Shown here one piece after another: positions 58,432 to 64,000 of a stretch of DNA of 64,000 nt; the stretch's first letter is position 1; every line of letters starts with the position of its first letter. Under the pieces are notes generated by a model, which was not told the DNA's origin, did no database searches, and worked only from the letters and a program-made list of their open reading frames with translations. The DNA comes from an uncultured virus (IMG/VR IMGVR_UViG_3300031993_000020). Taxonomy: Duplodnaviria; Heunggongvirae; Uroviricota; Caudoviricetes. The stretch lies in the IMG/VR virus record IMGVR_UViG_3300031993_000020, one strand, 5' to 3'. The position numbers were made by a program, and so were the translations under genes.

Positions 58432-60342
58432 TTACTCCTCATCACCAAATGGAGTGGCATTAAGCCGTTTGTCATCGTTGTTTTTAAAACCAAACTTTCT
58501 AAGAGGGCTGGGAATTTTCTCTACATCTTCCTTATAGTAAGCGGTATAGGGATATACTTTGCTAGGCAGATCATTTTTCGCATAATCGTCTTCTTGAATG
58601 TCCCAGTTGAAAATTGGTTTTACATAATCACAAAATGTCCCCGGTTTATTTGCTTCGGTTAGATCGTTCTTCTTAGCAAATGACCAGGGTATATTTTTGT
58701 CTATCACATTATCCATGAAAAGAATCGTGGCAGGGGCACTTGTCTCGTAACGTAATTCGACAACATCGTAGCTAAAGGTATCTATATCCTGCTTTTTACC
58801 CTTTTCCCCATCTTCTTTGTTACGCACTGAAAGCTTAGCTTTGGTTTCGAAATATAGTTTCAGTCGAGCAGAAGGATTCTTTCTGGCGGATTTTTCGTTT
58901 GTAGTACACACCATTGCTACATATCTTAATTCTGGACTGCCAACTTTTACATCACTAACAATAAAATCCGTGTAGGTATCGCCTTTACGATACCAATCTT
59001 TCAGAAATTGTTTATAATATTGAACAACAGTAGGCAAAGACATTTTTGTGGTCAGGTAGTCTTTGATCTTCCCGGTGACTTTGTATCCAAAATGATTATG
59101 AGAGTCTGTTTCTAATATACGATCAATATTGCCTTTTATTGTGGTCGTAAACGATTTATAAATATGATGTCCAACTCCAGCAGCAATTCCAGCAGCCGCA
59201 CCGGCTAAGGCTATTTTACCTTTATGCTTTTTAAAAGAATTTAGAGACTTTCTTAGTACCAACGATTGATGTTTATCTGGGTCCCAAACTTTTTTTGCTT
59301 TTCCTTTGGCCCAATATGTTACTTGCTGTGTTAAATGTCGCTCTCGTGAAGCGATTTCTTGTGCTCGCCGAAAATCTTTTTCAACATTTTTTAGTTCAGC
59401 TAATTGCTTTTCTGATTTCTCTATACGTTGATTTAGTCCAGCAATTTTCTGTTCTTGTCTTGTGACATCTTCCTTTAGGTTTTTTAAAGCCTTATCTTTT
59501 ATACCGGATTTATTATTATTATCAAGCTTCTGTTGAACTTGTTTTAATTCATCTTCAGCAGCCTTTTTTTGAACTTTTAACTCATCAAGGTCCTTCTGTG
59601 CTTCATCTATTTCGGCAGATAATTTTGTCAGATCGTGCCAAAGCTCTTCAGCAAAATCATATTTTCTGAAAGACATTTCTAATTTGGCTTGTGCTTGTGG
59701 ATTGCAATTTTTATACAACTCTTTTACAAAATCAGCATCTGCGGAATTTGTTTTTGCTCGTTGTACTAAATTATCCAGTACTTCCTGGTTCAGAACGCTT
59801 CCTTCTGTACGACTTAAATCAGCGCTTACATTAACATAAAAAGATTTTGCTACATCTTCCTTACCTGCCTGTAGTAAACCCTTGAATATCTCCCGTACAT
59901 GAGAAATATCATCTGCGTCGTTCTGATTTAAGATATGCTTAAACATATTTGCAAGTTGCTGTCCCTGTTTCTCTGTATTTTCACCTAAATTAGTTAAAAT
60001 TTTAGCAAAATCGTTACTACCAATACTACTACCCAACCTGCCCTCTATCTTTCGATAAAAATCAACAAAGTCATCGGGATGATTCATTTTTCGTATTAGC
60101 TCTGCTTTAGAATCGTCGAGGATATCATCGCCGATTTTTGCTATTCCTATTTTTGTTGGCTTGCTTCCATTGTACTCTCTCCAGAGTTCATATCCTAAGG
60201 CCCCCGTTCCAGCAAGAAGCGACGCTTCTCCTGCTTCCTTCGCTCCTTTAAAACCGGAAGAAATATAGCTACTACGTTCAATATCAGCGTCATCCGAAAA
60301 ATTCTTACGTGCGATTAAAATATAGTTTTTATATAAAGGCAT
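58432..60342 (-). CDS. NF-tagged coiled-coil protein with G/A-rich hydrophobic segments
   Basis: KNYILIARKNFSD; central coiled coil; IALAGAAAGIAAGVG. Confidence 0.7.
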   Translation of the reverse strand: MPLYKNYILIARKNFSDDADIERSSYISSGFKGAKEAGEASLLAGTGALGYELWREYNGSKPTKIGIAKIGDDILDDSKAELIRKMNHPDDFVDFYRKIEGRLGSSIGSNDFAKILTNLGENTEKQGQQLANMFKHILNQNDADDISHVREIFKGLLQAGKEDVAKSFYVNVSADLSRTEGSVLNQEVLDNLVQRAKTNSADADFVKELYKNCNPQAQAKLEMSFRKYDFAEELWHDLTKLSAEIDEAQKDLDELKVQKKAAEDELKQVQQKLDNNNKSGIKDKALKNLKEDVTRQEQKIAGLNQRIEKSEKQLAELKNVEKDFRRAQEIASRERHLTQQVTYWAKGKAKKVWDPDKHQSLVLRKSLNSFKKHKGKIALAGAAAGIAAGVGHHIYKSFTTTIKGNIDRILETDSHNHFGYKVTGKIKDYLTTKMSLPTVVQYYKQFLKDWYRKGDTYTDFIVSDVKVGSPELRYVAMVCTTNEKSARKNPSARLKLYFETKAKLSVRNKEDGEKGKKQDIDTFSYDVVELRYETSAPATILFMDNVIDKNIPWSFAKKNDLTEANKPGTFCDYVKPIFNWDIQEDDYAKNDLPSKVYPYTAYYKEDVEKIPSPLRKFGFKNNDDKRLNATPFGDEE

Positions 60343-60352
60343 GAATTACTCC

Positions 60353-60952
60353 TCAGTTCAGTACCGGTATCTTTGCAATCATCGGCTTAAACGATATTCC
60401 GTACTTCTTTAATTCTGCTTCTACTTCCCGAATCTTCTGTAATGTTTTATACGCCTCATCTGGTAACTGCTCTTCCATGTTTGCCAGTGATGTAACGGTT
60501 GCCCCTAATAAAGTCGCTCCAATTACCCAACCGAGAAAAGCGTAGACCGCTTGAGAAGCTGATTTTTTCATCATATACATCACAGCACTATTAGCAAGGC
60601 CCGCTAATGTAGTACCGGGAAGTAGTTTCTTTAGCATACGCATAAAGACCGTATACTGGTCAGGAGAAGCGTATGTATTAACGTCTGCATAAAGCTTTAC
60701 ATAATATTGATTTAACTGTTTTAAGAGCAATTTTGCCCTTGCAGGAAGATCACCAAATGTTTCAGGTGACATTCTCTGCATGAGTCTTTCGTTGACCTCA
60801 GACAACATGGCGTCTGATTCTACATCTAAAGCGTCTGCAGTAATCGTATCATCAATAATTTCATACTCACCTGCGAGCTCTTTTTTATTAATCGCTGCTC
60901 TCAGCTGAGAGAGTAACGCCATATCGTCTCTGGTCATTTTGTTAATCCTCAT
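60353..60952 (-). CDS. Hypothetical membrane-associated protein
   Basis: 199 aa; hydrophobic AVYAFLGWVIGATLLGATV. Confidence 0.65.
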   Translation of the reverse strand: MRINKMTRDDMALLSQLRAAINKKELAGEYEIIDDTITADALDVESDAMLSEVNERLMQRMSPETFGDLPARAKLLLKQLNQYYVKLYADVNTYASPDQYTVFMRMLKKLLPGTTLAGLANSAVMYMMKKSASQAVYAFLGWVIGATLLGATVTSLANMEEQLPDEAYKTLQKIREVEAELKKYGISFKPMIAKIPVLN

Positions 60953-63042
60953 AGATTATTAATCAATGGTTTCCAGGAAGTTTTCCAATCTTCCCAGGCT
61001 TCATCACTAAACGGACAGAACATTAGTTCGACAGGATCAAGAGATCCAGACGTAACGAAATCTTCGCGTCCTTCTAATGCAGCGTCTCTATCTAAAACGC
61101 TTCTTACTAGATTACTAGCAAAATTGATCAAAATTTGTCCGAGCTGTGTTACGAATAAACATAATTTTGTTCGTAACGCCTTGAAAATAGAAGTATTTTC
61201 GAGCTCGACTTTGGTATCTTTCGGTAAAGAATTCGTGTCACAAGTAAATAGATAATACAAATTTTTAGGAATAGTCAAATTAATGAACTGTCTCGGATTG
61301 TTATTAGAACTATATTTATTGTTCATATCAGAAATAGAATTGCCTGTAGATACTACTTGTAATAGTTCAAACATAAAATCGAGCATTAGGTTGCGAGCAT
61401 CGTATGCAACCAACAAGCGACGAGCTTTACTGTCGCCATCTTGTGCGACGAACCAAACAACGTACAATGGCTTTAATTTGATATTTTTCTCGTCTACAAT
61501 TCCACCAGCAGAAATAAAACTACTACGAAGCTCTTCAGGTAAGAATTCCTCAAGATCGCCAGTTCCAGCTTTGTAATTCTGTAGATTACAAACTGAAAGA
61601 TATAACATCCCTACAGGTTTTTTATCTTTATCTAAACAGTAAGCCAGGGGCTCGTATTCTGAATAAGTCATAAAGGGATATAATCCAAGGGAATCTTTTC
61701 TAAAATTATCTGTATTAAAGTTTAAATAGGTAAAGCTCTTTTGGAATTTTGTAGCGACGGAAGTAAGTGAAGTCTTAGCGGCTTTGAGTAAGTCTCCAGA
61801 TTCTACTTTTTCATCCGCAAAATGTGCGAGAGCTTTCCAGAAATTCTCTATCCACCAAACAATAAACTGCAACAAAGCAAGACCTGAAGCAAGACTTCCC
61901 AGTAAAGAGCCGAAGCCTTTTAACAGGGCACTTCCTGTTAATTTAGTTGCACCAGCTTTACCAAACTTTTTGCTAATCATCGCCATAAGCTTAGTGTTAT
62001 CTAAGCGAGCAACTACTTTTATAAGAACGGGTACTAATTTGCTTCTGAAGAACGATCTGAATTTAGCAATCGGGTGTTTCCATCCGGCTTTGGGCCACTT
62101 CTTCAGTGCAGATTCAGCACATTCTTCTACAATATTACTCTTTCCAACAACACTTGCAGCGAACTGAATCTCTTCTGAAAGCATGCTCATAAGAGTAAAA
62201 AACGACATCATCTGAAAAGGTCCACTTAGTAAAGTTGTAGCTAGGGTCCAATATTCCTTCAATGAACCAGCATGTAGCTCATTTACGAAATCCCCGAACT
62301 CAACTTTCATCTGACCCCAAAAACTATTATCGAGTCTATCAGCGTCCGAAATCTCAATCAGATCATTTTTTTGAATTTCGGATTCTAACTCCTCAGCTTT
62401 CTGTTGTAAAATTTTTGCTTTTTGGATCAACTCTCGGGATTCTTCATCGTTTAAGTCCTGTAAGTCGCCAAGCTTAAAGAAATTACTCTTCGAAGAATAC
62501 TGAGATTCTGATTTGTCTTCATTCTTAGGACCTTCCTTAGGTCCTTCTTCTTTACTTTTTTTCTCGGAAACAGAATCAATTCCTTCACTATTTTCTTCTG
62601 CTTCGTTTAAATCGTCTAAGCCAAATTTCTTTGGTTTTTCTTTCTTTTGTTCTTCTGGCTTTACTACTATTCTGGTGTTCTCAACCTCTTGCTTTTGTTC
62701 TCTAAAACCCATCCAAGAGGCTCTTTCTCCTTTAAATAGCTCCGGATATCCAGTAGAAAGCACATCTCTCGCTGTATATTCAGAACCAGCCATAATCTTG
62801 CCGACTTGCTCAATAATTTTACGGTTTCTGTTCTGTAAATCAGCTAAGAGCTTTTTCTGCTTTTCACTTAATTTCGATCTCGCTTCACGTTTCTTTAATC
62901 GGACAATTCTAACACCGTTATTTTCAAAAGCCTTGAAAATATCTCTGCTATGTTTCGTCCTCTTCCGAAACTCTCTAATAGAAGAGAGATCGGAGGCGAA
63001 ATTATAGGTGCTTTTAGAAACCAGTTGAAAATTTTTAATCAT
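60949..63042 (-). CDS. NF-tagged protein with internal hydrophobic helices (697 aa)
   Basis: Starts MIKNFQLVSKSTYNFAS. Confidence 0.7.
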   Translation of the reverse strand: MIKNFQLVSKSTYNFASDLSSIREFRKRTKHSRDIFKAFENNGVRIVRLKKREARSKLSEKQKKLLADLQNRNRKIIEQVGKIMAGSEYTARDVLSTGYPELFKGERASWMGFREQKQEVENTRIVVKPEEQKKEKPKKFGLDDLNEAEENSEGIDSVSEKKSKEEGPKEGPKNEDKSESQYSSKSNFFKLGDLQDLNDEESRELIQKAKILQQKAEELESEIQKNDLIEISDADRLDNSFWGQMKVEFGDFVNELHAGSLKEYWTLATTLLSGPFQMMSFFTLMSMLSEEIQFAASVVGKSNIVEECAESALKKWPKAGWKHPIAKFRSFFRSKLVPVLIKVVARLDNTKLMAMISKKFGKAGATKLTGSALLKGFGSLLGSLASGLALLQFIVWWIENFWKALAHFADEKVESGDLLKAAKTSLTSVATKFQKSFTYLNFNTDNFRKDSLGLYPFMTYSEYEPLAYCLDKDKKPVGMLYLSVCNLQNYKAGTGDLEEFLPEELRSSFISAGGIVDEKNIKLKPLYVVWFVAQDGDSKARRLLVAYDARNLMLDFMFELLQVVSTGNSISDMNNKYSSNNNPRQFINLTIPKNLYYLFTCDTNSLPKDTKVELENTSIFKALRTKLCLFVTQLGQILINFASNLVRSVLDRDAALEGREDFVTSGSLDPVELMFCPFSDEAWEDWKTSWKPLINNL

Positions 63043-63069
63043 AATTTCGCCTCACGATTCGAATATACA

Positions 63070-63999
63070 TTAAGCAAGAATTTCTAAAGCTCTGTGTCCA
63101 ACAGTATCCAAGGCGCTGGCGCGTTGAGCTCCGGAACCAACGTCAATAAGTGCACGATTCTTGAACTGAGTAATAGCCTCGTCCAAAATGGGGCCTTTGA
63201 AGGGATAGAGAATAGCTGATTTCAGTTTGAACCAGAATTTATTGCTTCTCTCGAGTTCTTTCACAACAGCAGCTAGACGTTTTTCAGCATCAATGCTGGT
63301 CATTACGCCACCGGCACCAAAAAGAGCACCGACAGCGGCAAGACCGGCAAGAGCTAAAGTGGTCAGAAGAGAATCGCCATCTTTCTGAATAGAAATGAGC
63401 TGTCCGAGTTGTTTGTTAGCTTGGAGTTCTTGCACGTCCTCAATAATTTCAGCATCAACAACTTCATCATTAGAAAAGTACACTTTAGTCACATTGCTAA
63501 AATGTTTCATTTTAACGAGAGACGACAATTTATCCCCAGCCGTATTGACAAGAGCTAAGCCCTGCTCTTTCAGAGTTGGAAACATCTTTTTAGCTTTATC
63601 AATCGTCTTGAGAGCGGCTTTTTCACCGGCCTTCGGCGCACCGACTGCATAAGCAGCACCTAGACTACCAGCACCACTAGCAAGGCCAAAACCAGCCAGT
63701 GCGGCTGTGTTGGCCCGCATCTCTGCCAGCATCCGCATTCCTTCAGCTCCATATTGAGCCAATCCTGGACCAAATATTTCAGTTAAATACGCCTGAACAG
63801 CACCACCAATCAGCCCCAATGCTGAGAAATACCCTAAAATACTACTGCCAGCAAAAAGCGAAAACTTTTTAAACTGACGCCAAATTACGGAAAGAGGTCC
63901 TAATTTGCTCTGCAAGGCTTTTACAACCTTATTCAGCCGGTTTTGTACCATAGCAGCATTGGCTAAACCTGCTGTACCCACAGCAAGACCAGAAGCTGC
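63070..63999 (-). CDS. Ala/Gly-rich hydrophobic protein, 5'-truncated by the window edge, with an internal NF-like tag
   Basis: Frame stays open to the window end; internal MKHFSNVTKVYFS at 63472-63510. Confidence 0.65.
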   Translation of the reverse strand, partial: AASGLAVGTAGLANAAMVQNRLNKVVKALQSKLGPLSVIWRQFKKFSLFAGSSILGYFSALGLIGGAVQAYLTEIFGPGLAQYGAEGMRMLAEMRANTAALAGFGLASGAGSLGAAYAVGAPKAGEKAALKTIDKAKKMFPTLKEQGLALVNTAGDKLSSLVKMKHFSNVTKVYFSNDEVVDAEIIEDVQELQANKQLGQLISIQKDGDSLLTTLALAGLAAVGALFGAGGVMTSIDAEKRLAAVVKELERSNKFWFKLKSAILYPFKGPILDEAITQFKNRALIDVGSGAQRASALDTVGHRALEILA

Positions 64000-64000
64000 A

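Noticed and set aside
5780..63652. Numerous short plus-strand ORFs in the track
   Set aside because: They are antisense shadows of longer minus-strand genes, with no recognisable motifs.
5647..64000. Stop-codon reassignment as in some large phages
   Set aside because: Genes are long and tightly packed under the standard code, and TAA, TAG and TGA all end genes. Reading through the TAG at 18035 gives nothing meaningful.

Overview
The window looks like part of a large contractile-tailed (myovirus-like) phage genome. From 5647 to the right edge is one long minus-strand block: tail sheath, tube, baseplate, modular fibre proteins, lysis-type genes and many novel proteins. No capsid, portal or terminase gene is recognisable in the window. 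The left ~5.6 kb is on the plus strand and holds a compact type II-A-like CRISPR-Cas9 locus. It has a 1337-aa Cas9 with intact RuvC and HNH motifs, then a promoter, a tracrRNA and a short degenerating array of 36-bp repeats, with no cas1, cas2 or csn2 in the window. Two spacers are only 4 nt, and a leader anti-repeat can fold onto repeat 1. Two minus-strand terminators sit at the trailer end. A solo tnpB just after the sheath gene is flanked by unexpected 25-bp terminal inverted repeats, and three orphan IS200/IS605-type end hairpins occur elsewhere. At least a dozen unrelated proteins share a short (K/R)NF(A/S)R(I/V)x(K/R)xYF or (K/R)NF(A/S/D) tag. These include a 13-aa ORF that is only the tag, and a 952-aa possible polyprotein in which KNFA sites bracket a Dps/ferritin-like domain. 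This suggests a virion-cargo addressing or processing system. All calls come from reading the sequence by eye; no database searches were run.
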